Assembly: GCF_009914755.1 (NCBI RefSeq)
Contig: NC_060925.1
DNA length: 64,000 bases
Direction: 5' to 3' (one strand)
Source: the human T2T-CHM13v2.0 reference genome, Homo sapiens
Both the position numbers and the translations under genes were made by a program. Under the pieces are notes generated by a model, which was not told the origin of the DNA, did no database searches, and was given only the letters and a program-made list of their open reading frames with translations. Shown here piece after piece: positions 30,905 to 44,417 of this stretch. Numbering within the stretch: position 1 is the stretch's first letter; each line of letters begins with the position of its first letter.

Positions 30905-31478
30905 TGTGTCAGGGGTCCCTAAGATCACCCTTAAGCTTGATGAACTCACATGAACTAGAAAGACTCACAGGACTCAGAAAAGCTGTTATACTTACGGTCA
31001 TGATTTATTACCGCAAAAGGTTACAGATTAAAATCAGCAAAGGGGCAGGCACCTGAGCAAAGTCTTGGAAAAAGCAAGCACAAACTTCCAGGTATCCTCT
31101 CCCAGTGGAGTCACAGCAATATGTGACAATACATGTGAAGTGTTGCCACAGAAGTTCACCCAAGACTTGGTGCTCAGGATTTTTATTGTTTTTATTGGGG
31201 GTCATCAGGTAGGTATGCAGTGCCTACCCAGGTGACTGATCTCAGCTACTCAGACTCCAGCCCACAGGCAAAAAAGGCATTCACCATAAATCACATTGTT
31301 AGGATAAACTTACCTAGTCACACCGGTACAGCATGGCCCGAGGCCTCAGGCATGCAAAATCACTCTTAGCAGGCAGAATGTGTAAGACTCAGAGGTCATT
31401 TTCCAGTCCTGAAGACAGACCTTTGCTGGGTTAACACACAGGCAACCCAGGTCTGCTGACTAGACTATTTCCTGCTCA
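30905..31478 (-). mobile_element. MER21-like solo LTR inserted in L2
   Basis: Minus-strand end GGGACCCCTGACACA; TSD ATCCC (30900-30904 and 31479-31483); minus-strand AATAAA at 31004-31009. Confidence 0.85.
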
Positions 31479-32664
31479 ATCCCCTAAAGCTGTTCTTCTG
31501 TAAGCCCTTTCATCCACCGCTATCTGAGCCAGAGATTGTTTTACTTAACACCGACATCCAATCAGAGTCTACCTGTAGGAACATGCATTCCTCTCAATCA
31601 CTTCTTGCTTGGATTACTGCAACCTGGTATCATCTCCACTTTGCTTTCTTTTCAGCAGTTCTCCATATGGAATTAGAATTGTGATAAATGCTATGACAGA
31701 AGGATATGCAGTTAAAGCATTTGTAATAAATGCTTTAATAGAGGTATACTCACAATGCTATGACAAGGAGAGAGAGGGAACACTCTGGGTCACAGTTGTG
31801 CTTGACCAAGCACATCACTAAGCCTTCAGGGTAAGTTCAAAACTTCTTGAATCTGAGACCCTTTTAACCTGGCTCCTCTCTACCCCTCCCACTGTTCTCC
31901 CACACCACTTTGTTCTTACAAAGCTATTTGTAATTTCCCTGGAGGTCATTTGGTTTCATACCTCTGATCTTGTATGTTCTGTTCCCTCTATCTGTACTGT
32001 TCACTCTTCAATACTTAACTCCAGCATCCTCTCTGACCTCCTATTCCGCAGGCTAAACATGCTTCTCCCCCTCTTCCCTGCCTCAGAGCCCTCCAAAACC
32101 TTTATTGGAGCACTTACTCAGGTGCCTTAAGTGGCCCATTGGCTTGTTTGCCGCAGTAGTTTGTTAGTTTCTGAGGGCAATGGCCAAGTCACCTTCCATG
32201 TTAGAATCCCAGCACCTAGCATAGCAATCCTAATAAGTACTCAATAAACATTTGCTGAATGAATAAAAGGGAGAAAGTTCAATTCTGAGAGCAGAGTTGT
32301 GACTGCCTCCCCACAGAGTCAGAAAAAGCTTTATAGATGTAAGAACCATTTAAGTTGATATTGAAGGAAAATAAAATTTCATCAATTTTTTATTTGCACA
32401 TAACCAAAATTGTATTGAAAAACACCAAAATAGGAGATCACTGCTGCATACCTTACAAAATCAAACACACTTACTTATGTTGGTAGATGAACCAGAATTA
32501 CTGAACTTATGATAAGCCTTTCTGGGACATAACAAATTCAGGATGTTGTGTGGATCATTAGTGTTGCTTTCTTTTAAATGAACACTCTTCTGTGAGCTTG
32601 GTGTTTCATCCTGTAGGCTGGCACAACACTGTTGAAGAACCTACACAAAGATCCACTGTCTGAG

Positions 32665-33363
32665 TGTAACTGCCAAATGGGTTCATTTTGCCCACTGCCT
32701 ATATAGAACCAATTTATCAAGACAGTGGCACTGCAACACAGAAAGAGTTTAATTCACACAGAGGCAGCTGAACAGGATACTGGAGTCTTATTTTTACTCA
32801 AATCAGCATCCCTGAAAATTTGGAGGCTAGGGTTTTTCAAGGATGGTTTGGCAGGCAAGGGAATGGGTGCTGCTGATTGGTTGGGGGTGCAATCAGAGGG
32901 GTGTGCAGAATTTGCTTCTTGGTGGGGCCACAGGACTGGTTGGCAGGTCCAAGTGGAGCCATGGTAGTCAGAAATACAAAAGCCTGAAAAGACATCTCAA
33001 AAGACCAATCTTAGGTTCTACAATAGTGATGTTATCTGCAGGAGTAATTGGGGGAAGTTGCAAATCTTGTGACCTCCAGAATAATGGCTTGTAATTGTTT
33101 AGGTCTACCCCTTAGCAGAGTTCGTGCTCCTCTCATCCACCTAGCCTGGTGGTCTTTCATTTGCTTTACAAAGGTGGTTTAGTTTTGGGGAAGGGCTGTT
33201 ATCATTTAAACTATAAATTTCTCCCAAAGTTAGCTTGGCCCAAGCCCAGGAATGACTAAGGCAGTCCGGAGGTTCAAGGCAAGATGGGAGTTGGTTAGAT
33301 CAGATAGATCCCTTTCACTGTCATTGTTTTTTAATTGTTATGATTTTTGCAAAGATGGTTTCA
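32665..33363 (-). mobile_element. LTR8-like solo LTR
   Basis: Minus strand starts TGAAACCATCTTTGCAAAAATCATAAC; 4-bp flanks TGAG/TGGG. Confidence 0.8.
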
Positions 33364-34092
33364 TGGGCATGGCTGAAAAACATGGTAATCTTGTGGCAAC
33401 TAGGACATGTTATATCCACAAAGTAAGAATTTGAACTTTTCACTGGCCATTTCTTTTCTTTTCCTTTTCCAAGGATGGATGCAGTAAATCTCTAGCCAAA
33501 GGCCATGTTGATCATTTCTCAAGCTCAGTCCGTCCAGACCTGTCGGGCAACACCCCTAGTCAGCGGCATGCAATCAGGCACTTGCAAGTTCATCAGATTC
33601 AGTAGAAAATATGCTACAAAATGATTCCTGGTGTTCACATGTCCTCTTCACCATGTGTTAGCTATGTGGCGCTGGGCAAGTTTACCTTTCTTTGCATCAG
33701 TTTTCTCATCTATAAAGTGAGTATAACAGTAGCTTCTGCACAGAGAGTTGTTGGGAAAAGTCAAAGAAATGGCTTATTAAGGCTTAGTATGGTGCCTGCC
33801 ACAGCAAGGGCTTGATGTATTTTTGATGGTTGTTTTTAATTTTTAAAGTTTCTGTCCCTCAAATAATAATGTTACAGATGTATAGAATCAGGAAAGCTGG
33901 CATGGAATTTTGAGAGGCTATCAGCAGTCAGCATATGTTAAGTGGAGGGACAAAAGGTGATCTTTTTCATCAGCTCTGCTTTAACACAAATACATATATC
34001 CCTAAAAACCATGTTTTGCAGAATTACAGTAAAAATCACAAGACCTATGGGGAAAATGGAGTTAGGTGCACAGCATTAAAAAATTTCATCAG

Positions 34093-34383
34093 GGCTGGGC
34101 ATGGTGGCTCACGCCTGTAATCCCAGCACTTTGGGAGGCCGAGGTGGGTGAATCACGAGATCAGGAGATCAAGACCATCCTGGATAACACGGTGAAACCC
34201 TGTCTCTACTAAAAATACAAAAAAATAGCCAGGTGTGATGGTGGCCACCTGTAGTCCCAGTACTAGGGAGGCTAAGGCAGGAGAATGGCATGAACCCAGG
34301 AGGCGGAGCTTTCAGTAAGCCAAGATCACGCCACTGCACTCTGGCCTGGGTGACAGAGCGAGACTCCATCTCAAAAAAAAAAA
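34093..34383 (+). mobile_element. Alu (AluY-like)
   Basis: ATCAAGACCATCCTGG and GGAGAATGGCATGAACC diagnostics. Confidence 0.9.
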
Positions 34384-34662
34384 GTCATCCCTGACTCATT
34401 AAAAAATATCCTAATAAAAAATGGTAGCAGAGTTTTATACATATTAAGTGGTTAAGAAATGCATAAACAATACCATAAACATGATACTTTACCTTGAAAA
34501 AAACTGGAAGTTAGCTTGTGGAAGTAGGGGTTGGAAGGGTTGCAGCTTGTATGTTGTGAAGTGGTAGAAGGAGAGTTGTCTGAAATCCCAGGGGAAAATT
34601 ATAATGTCAGATAGGGATGAGTATTGTTTATAACATATGTGGGAAACTGAGATAGATGGTAG

Positions 34663-35419
34663 TGTTAGTGGTGGTGAATATCCAAATTACCGATGGGTCT
34701 GCAGCAACCTAAATTCTTGCTTCTTCAGAAGAAAGAACTCGACAGAGGGGCTTAAGACAGAAAAAGAGACTGAGGCAAGTTTCAGAGCAGGAGTGGAAGT
34801 GTATTAAAAAGCTTTAGAGCAGGAAAGAAAGGAAAGTACACATGGAAGGACACAAGCAGGCGACTTGAAGGATAAGTGCGACATTTGACCTTTTGACTTG
34901 GGGTTGAATATGCTGGCATACTTCCGGGGTCTTGCATCCCTTTTCCCATAATTCTTCCCTGAGGGTGGGCTCCTTGCATGCACAGTGCCCTCCTTGTGCT
35001 TGGGAGGTGAGCATGCACAGTGTGTTTAGGAAGTTGTAGCATGCTCACCTGAGGCTTTCTTCCCTCTTCTAGTGAAATGCCCCCGGGAGGCCATACTCCA
35101 CCATTTTGTCTCTTCATGCATATGTTCAAGCTCACTCACCCAATTCCTGAGATTTTATTGGAAGCTGATTACCAATTTCAAGTGTTTTTAATCTGTTTGG
35201 GAAATTGCCTCTCCCTGGTGCCTGCAATCAATTATCATGTTAGTATGACAACTGTGAACCATCAGGAAATTGCCTCTCCTAGGCCTGGCTGCCAATGATC
35301 ATTTTTAGAGAGGCAGTGTGATAACTGCCATACCATTATCTGATGGTTGCCTGACCATCCTGGTGGGTGGTGGGGGAGCCCTCTCCTGCCCTGCTCATGC
35401 CTACCTATCTACTGTAACA
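34663..35419 (-). mobile_element. MER50-like solo LTR
   Basis: Minus strand starts TGTTACAGTAGATAGGTAGGCATGAGCAGGGCAGG; 4-bp TSD GTAG. Confidence 0.8.
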
Positions 35420-35730
35420 GTAGACATTTGAGATGTATATTTGTTTTGTGTGTTACTGTTTAGTTTGGATCAGCTGGGCACAGTTTTCTGCATTCACTTA
35501 GTGTTTCTCACTAACAGAATCACACATAAGCAAACACAAATTTTGCATTATGCTCAAATTGTTCCCTAATATGTCAACTGCATTGAGACAAACTTGTCCT
35601 TTTTTACATGGTGTTTATGAGTGTTATAGGAAAGCTGACTATATTAGGTTAGACCACAACTTGATTCCATCTTTTAGAAACTATACCTGAGGCATGAATT
35701 AAAGGAAGAAGCTTTGTAGGGATTAGGGTT

Positions 35731-36668
<938 letters not shown>

Positions 36669-36978
36669 GGTTCAACAATCAAAACTCAAGTCAGAGTTAT
36701 GCTTACTTGGACAGGGCTTCCATTATACACAGGGTGATCATTTGTCCCAATTTCCATTGTGGTACAGGCCTAATCATGAATAGCTCCCCATTTCACTATC
36801 AAAAGTTTGAGTCAACAGGAATGTGCACCTCCAGATTTTGGGAAACCACACCACAAGCAACTGTGTCTCTGATGTACACCCCTTTCTGGCCCTCACTGCC
36901 AAGGCCAGAACCTGCCTCTGAGATTTACCATAGTCTTTTCGTTCCTTATCAAAGAATTTCAATTAAAAGCATTTATGA

Positions 36979-37278
<300 letters not shown>

Positions 37279-37520
37279 TTATGAGTTGTTTCCTCAGATA
37301 TTTGCCCTTGATAAAAATGAAGACAAGTGCTTTGGAAATAAAAAGGCAATGTGATTTTTAAAATTCCAGTTAAAATTTTTCATGGTTTAAGATCAAAATA
37401 GCTTCTTTAGAACATATGTACCAAGGCTTTGTGTGGCTAGTTGTTGGATTTCTAGTTTTCTTTGGGGCATTAACACAGAATCTGAAAAACTATTTGTTTG
37501 GAAAAGTTTAATTTCACTGA

Positions 37521-37856
<336 letters not shown>

Positions 37857-38740
37857 TTCCTTATTATTTAATACCTCTTTGCTTAAAAGGAATAACATTA
37901 CAAAACCAAATCAACTAGTTATTAAGGTAAAAGATTTTCAAGATAAAAGAAACTAAAAGTGGCTAGAAATTAAATTGATATTCCACAAAAGCTTTATACT
38001 ATTGGGTGACTATTTGAAAATTGCATTTCGTTGAGCCTCTTCACTAATTAAAAATGTGAAATACAAGTTTAGTTTGAAATAATAGTTCTGGGCTGAGAAT
38101 TACAGAAGAAAAAAATCTCAAGGTAGGGTAAATAAATTACAGCATGTTTTAGTCAAGTAAAAACTATACTTACAGGTTAACAAAACCAGCCATAGTAGTC
38201 ATGGCTAAGCACTAGCAGTCTAATCCTAGGGAACTCAGCTGTCTGATCCTATGCCTGGCTGGGATGAACAATTGACCACCTCGGTTTAGACATCATACAT
38301 AATAGAAAATTGGATCCAAAAGCCAGAATGGAGGGTAGGTTCTTGTTATCAGTTTTAGGGTTCTAGGGAATATGCAAATGTTTACTTTTTTCTAATGAGT
38401 ACACTGGGCTGGGGTATGGTTTGGTTTAATAGAACACTGTAAAAAGGAATGAAACTGTCATGACAGACCAGAAACAAGAAAATCTATCTAAATGCAGATG
38501 CAACAGAGAAACTAGAAAATATCCAGCTGCCCTACATCAGCCGTTTTCCTTCTAAAACTGAGTAAAAATATTCCTGTTAATTCTACTACTTTATTTTTCA
38601 TGATAAAATGTCTGCAAAAGGTGACTGAACCTTTTGGACAAAATGAAGTATTTCTGGTCACTGTGACTGTAGCTACAGTTGGGACACGGCACACAAACTG
38701 CCAAGAGTGAACAAAATGGCAGGGCAGAAAAATACAGGCT

Positions 38741-39055
<315 letters not shown>

Positions 39056-40299
39056 TTACTCAATGGCCTTTAGAGTATCATAAACTACTAAATTAGCTAT
39101 TTCAATGAAATCCTTAGTATCTTAATTGCAGAAAGGTAGTGGTCCAACCCTGAATAGATCTGCCATGGTAACCAATCACAAAAAAATGAGGCCAAGTCTT
39201 GAACATGGACCAAATGATCACTACTTTTGATGTAGATTATAGGTGGCAGCTAATGGGTGAATAATTTCACTTAGCCCTACAAGCAGGCACTGCAGCAGTG
39301 TGGGAAAAGGTGGAAATTTAGCAAACCTAAGATATGGGTTAAAGTCTGGTCTTATCACTTAACAGCAGTTATGTGACCTTGGGTTCATTATTTAACACTT
39401 GAGTCTGTTATCAACTCTAAAAATAGGAAGGTTAAGATTCCCTGACAGTTGAAAAATAAAAGTGTTCTGTGCACTGTAAGATACTTTAATAACTAAATGA
39501 GTAAAACTACCATTTGAACATTCAGAAACTTGTATTATAAAAAGGTTAGAAAGTGTGAGGAGCTTTAAAATACATTCCTTCCAAAAATTAAGAATATTTG
39601 CTTTAATAATCAGCAATAAACCCCTTGCAGAGTAATATGCATGGACGAAATACCTAGCATCAACTACATTTGATAGCAGATTGTAAGTGCTCACCAAATA
39701 GCTACATGTTCTATACCTCCCAGTCTTGTTTGCAGTGAGGCTGTAGGTGGAAGGCATGTCTCTTTCAGGTCTGGCCCTTAAAAATATCCTACACCATCTG
39801 CTAGTCTGCTCGCTCTGATTTGGCGATGTTGGAGACCATGCGTCCAGATGGCATAGCTAAAAATGGAGGATTGCCCAGTTGACACTGGACATTTCATGAG
39901 CATAAATTTTATTACGCCACACCGACTTAATGTTTAATTGCAGCATAACCTACTCTATCATGATACTCTATATGCAAGGAATTGAGATAGGGTTGGAAGT
40001 ACACATGCATAGATTCATGACAAGGTTCTTACCCTCTTGAGAAAGAGGAGTTTTAGGATTCTAACCCCAAACTTATAGTCCATTCATTCCAGTAAAAAAA
40101 TGTGTTGTTTCATCAGTGTATTTCTCATCAACAAATATTATGTGCTGTTAAGCATTATACTAGGTACATGTATTTCTGAAGCTCAAATATATGAATGAGG
40201 TGGATCTTTATCAGGAGCTTCATATGTCACTGACATTACAGTACTTCCTGAGCTCTCAGGAATCCATTATTTGTAAATGTTCAAAAAAACCTCAACCAG

Positions 40300-43200
40300 T
40301 CATTTGATTTCATATAAATCAAATAATTTAATCAATATCCACCCACTCTAATTTACATCCAGCTTGAAAAACACTGTATTTAGAAAAAGGATTAGAGTGA
40401 GCAATTTCATTATCCTTATCTGCATGGACCAAGTCTTTGGGAATGCTTTTTCTACTAGATAATAATACACGCTCTTGAGGAGAGAAAATCCTACACTGCT
40501 TTGCAGGTCAACATTTTGATTGTAGAAAACAAAATCTAGCAAACAATCATCTGTTACATAGTACTTCACAAAGGAAATAATGCTAAGACTTATAAATGGA
40601 AGCCTAGCCACGTTACTGTTAAAAAACAAATGTGGCCTGGAGCAGACCCATCAGTCCATGTTTTATGAACAGACTGAATGTGTCCGTAGCATCCACCATT
40701 GTTTATTACAATGTAGGTTTAATAGTTGGCCTTCCACTCAGCTCAGATTCCTAATAGCAGGCAGCGTGCTTATCTGTCTTCATATCACCAAGGATTGGAA
40801 AGCAGTAGTAAGCCTTGACATACAGCAGGTACTTAATAAATGCTTACCAAAAGACTGAAAAAGGACAAAAATAGGGAAAAGTATATTTACTAGACTTCCA
40901 TAATCCATACTTACTTTAAATTCAATCTAGAAATAACATGACTCATATTAGGCAATATACTTTGAAGATCTGTACAACATAGTAATCACAGCAGGGTCTT
41001 GCTAACTCACAAATTTAGCATACATGCTGCAAAAACATCTCTCCTGGAGTCCCAAGGGCTTTCAAATGTTCCACCAGGGGCAGTCAAGACTAGATTCACG
41101 GTGCTCTCTTCATCATGCGCACAAAATGTGTTTTCCCATAACACCATATTATCACAAGTCTATGAACAATTCTGGTTAGCTAAGGTAGGCAGTATAGAAC
41201 TCTTTACAAATAACAGTATTTCAATTATGCCATGTAAGTAAACAATTTGCTGTGAACTGTCCTGTGTATCTAATCATTTAATACATTGCTTCTATAAGAA
41301 AATACTATTTGTTAAATTTTAGTCATAATTTCATTGTTTCTCATCATAGACTGCAGATGCAAACATTTAATGGTGAACAAAATGTTTATCTCAATTTTTC
41401 TTTGACATTTTTATGCTTTGAAAATTCAGAATGGATAAAAACAAATGAAGTACAAAATATTTCAGATTTACATAGTGATAAACAAGAAAGCACTTATCAG
41501 GAGGACTTACAAATGGAAGTACACTCTAGAACCATCATCTATCATGGCTAAATGTGAGATTAGCACAGCTGTATTATTTGTACATTGCAAACACCTAGAA
41601 AGAGATGGGAAACAAAATCCCAGGAGTTTTGTGTGTGGAGTCCTGGGTTTTCCAACAGACATCATTCCAGCATTCTGAGATTAGGGTGATTGGGGATCAT
41701 TCTGGAGTTGGAATGTTCAACAAAAGTGATGTTGTTAGGTAAAATGTACAACTTCTGGATCTATGCAGACATTGAAGGTGCAATGAGTCTGGCTTTTACT
41801 CTGCTGTTTCTTTCACACTTTAGATTTTAAAAGTAAGTCTCAAGGAATCTTTCTTTCCAATTTGAGAACTCAACTCACTTTAAAATGGAAACACGCAACA
41901 AAAAACAGATGCTGCTTTCTAGAACTCCATTGTCATGAAATATAATATTTGCTAAAATAAGAGATTTACTTTAAAAATTAGAGTGCTTATTTCTTGCAAA
42001 GTACACCATGGAAAACCCTCGGGGGAAAATTGTTGCCAAATGTATCCATTAACTGTATTTAAAATTTCTGATTGCCTTTTTGACCATGTTATTGCTAAAT
42101 AGCAAAACAAACAAAAACAAAAACAACAAAAATCCTATATCCCAGCTAGATTTCTTCCTTTAGCATATGGTAGTGTCTTCGATATTTTGTACAATGTGTA
42201 GTATTTTAAATAGTAAAGAAGTGACCATGCATCAAGCTGAAGGTAGTGACTAATGCTCAAGAGCTAGCTCTTTAAAACTATAAATATGGTTACTATGAGT
42301 ATATCCACTAATGTCTCATAAGACACTCTTAATGATATCCTATCAGCCCTGAAAAAATGGCTGCTGCTATGCAACTCCAAAGAGTTACATAGTTACGTAT
42401 AGTGAATGGACAACACAAATAGGTGGGTTTTTTTTGTTTTTTAATAATATGAATTTAAAATAGCCACAAACAGGGTGAGTGCATGTAAGCGGCTGAACTG
42501 CCAGTACAGGGGAAGGTAAATGGGCCTAAACTATGATACCTAGCAAGGGTTGGATCTGTGCAGGCTTCTATGTACAGAGACAAGCAGGGTTAGGCACTTA
42601 AAGCTTTTTGATGAAAATCCTGGGAAAGAGCTGAGCCTACATTTATTATTATTACTATCAAAACAACAACATACTTTTCATGAAGAAACATGCAATCAGA
42701 AACATTACAGAGACTGAAGAGAGCTTAAGAGTTTTCTGAAAATGAAATGACATGTTTTTCCAGAGTATCATCTCAATTATAAAATTTGATGGTTTTATAT
42801 TATCATATTTCTTCAGTGGTAAATACCTCATTAAAAAATTATTAAAAAATTATTGACAATACAAAGCCCTAGTTAGTATACAAATATTACTATACTGGTA
42901 CCCATCTTGTAAGGAAAATATCACCATCTAGATATCTTAAATATCTTCTATCATCCAATATCTTAAACCAATTTCTTAAATTGTTTTATTCAAAGGTACT
43001 TTTGTCGTCTTGCCCCTATTCTTCTATCATCAATAGTCCTTTTAAAAATTATAATATTCTACATATACAAAATAAAAATCTAATGTCATAAAAATCTCAA
43101 AAATGTAATGTTAGTAGTGTTGATTATCTAAAGAACTCAGCTTCATGGAATACCTTTCAATATTTATTGCCCAGATGTATTAAAGAGAATTCTTAAATGT

Positions 43201-43827
43201 AATGCATCAATGGTCCTAATACATCTGTAAACAGAATACCACTAAAAAAATTTTACTGGCATGAAATACTATACTTATGGTTGTGTGAAACTTTTAAATC
43301 TTAAAGCCTCTTAACATAATCATGTGTATCTATGTACAAAACATACATAAATTTCACTTTATTTAAAACATATGAAAGAGGTAATTTCAAACCACACTAA
43401 ACATAATAAATATAGAACTCGCTTTGTTAAAAATCTACAGTATACATTCAAGTAAAGGCTAAACTTCCAATGCCAACTATATTTGAGACAAAATTAAACA
43501 TTTACAATAATCAGTTTCCTAAAAGTGCTATTTTTAATACCTATAAGAGGAAACTCAGTCTAGTGCTTTTGTTTCCATCCAAACATCTATACATTCCTTT
43601 ATTCACAGAACCAGATGCTTCTGTTACTAAAAATACATATCCAAAGCTTTTATATCCTTTTAAATAGATTTAAGATTTCAACTCTTTGGGGGAAGACAGG
43701 GAAGTCCAAACAAACAACTCAGACCATCTTAAGTTATTAGAGATAACTGACTTTATGACACACCCTGTTTCAACTTAGATGTGAAACTTGATGAACACAT
43801 TAATGAAAAAAATTCCAGTCCACATGT
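40300..43827 (-). other. SSX2IP: SSX2IP 3' UTR (distal end uncertain)
   Basis: Repeat-poor AT-rich sequence after the stop codon. Minus-strand AATAAA at 43598-43603, 43358-43363, 43163-43168, 42985-42990, 42642-42647 and 40702-40707; ATTAAA at 40327-40332. Confidence 0.6.
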
Positions 43828-44002
43828 CTAAGGTAAGTCATCTTTTTCTACATGAGAATTTGTGTAGCTCAAGGAGCATCCACTATAGCAACCTTCCTGT
43901 GATCCAGGTCTTGACGCCACACTCCATTTTTGATTTGTACATTCTCCTCCAACCTGATTTGGTTTAATTTCTTCAGCAGTTATATTCAGTACATTGATTG
44001 AA
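43828..44002 (-). CDS. SSX2IP: SSX2IP last coding exon
   Basis: cccaacAG acceptor; phase 2; [19 protein letters not shown]...[12 protein letters not shown]; matches the recalled SSX2IP C-terminus. Confidence 0.95.
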
Positions 44003-44157
44003 CTGTTGGGAAAAGAAAGGCAGATCTTAGTGACTATCCTCTCCTTCTTTTGTACTTTAACCTCATAATGTGGCACTCTTCAAAAAAAATAAGTTCCTTT
44101 TAATTCTAAAAATCTAGGCCAAAAATATAATTTAAAATTTTACTTGGAAAAAAAAAA

Positions 44158-44310
44158 CGGCTGGGAGCAGTAGCTCACACTTGTAATCCTAGCACTTTGG
44201 GAGGCTGAGGCAGCCGAACTGCTTGAGCCCAGGAATTCAGGACTAGCCTGAGTAACATGGTGAAACCCTGTCTCTACAAAAAATTAGCTGGGAGTAGTAG
44301 TGCATGCCTA
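44158..44310 (+). mobile_element. Alu, 3'-truncated (left arm plus start of right arm)
   Basis: GGCTGGGAGCAGTAGCTCAC...ATTAGCTGGGAGTAGTAGTGCATGCCT, then abrupt loss of similarity and no A tail. Confidence 0.9.
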
Positions 44311-44417
44311 GTTTAATCATTTGTACAAGGGATTCTGATGACCAAATTACTATAAATTTATTTACCAATACTTATAGTAATTCGGTCATCAGAATCCCTG
44401 TACAAATGATCAAACTA
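44309..44417. repeat. Near-perfect inverted repeat (47/46-nt arms, 16-nt spacer)
   Basis: 44309-44355 is the reverse complement of 44372-44417 with 2 mismatches and one 1-nt indel. Confidence 0.97.
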
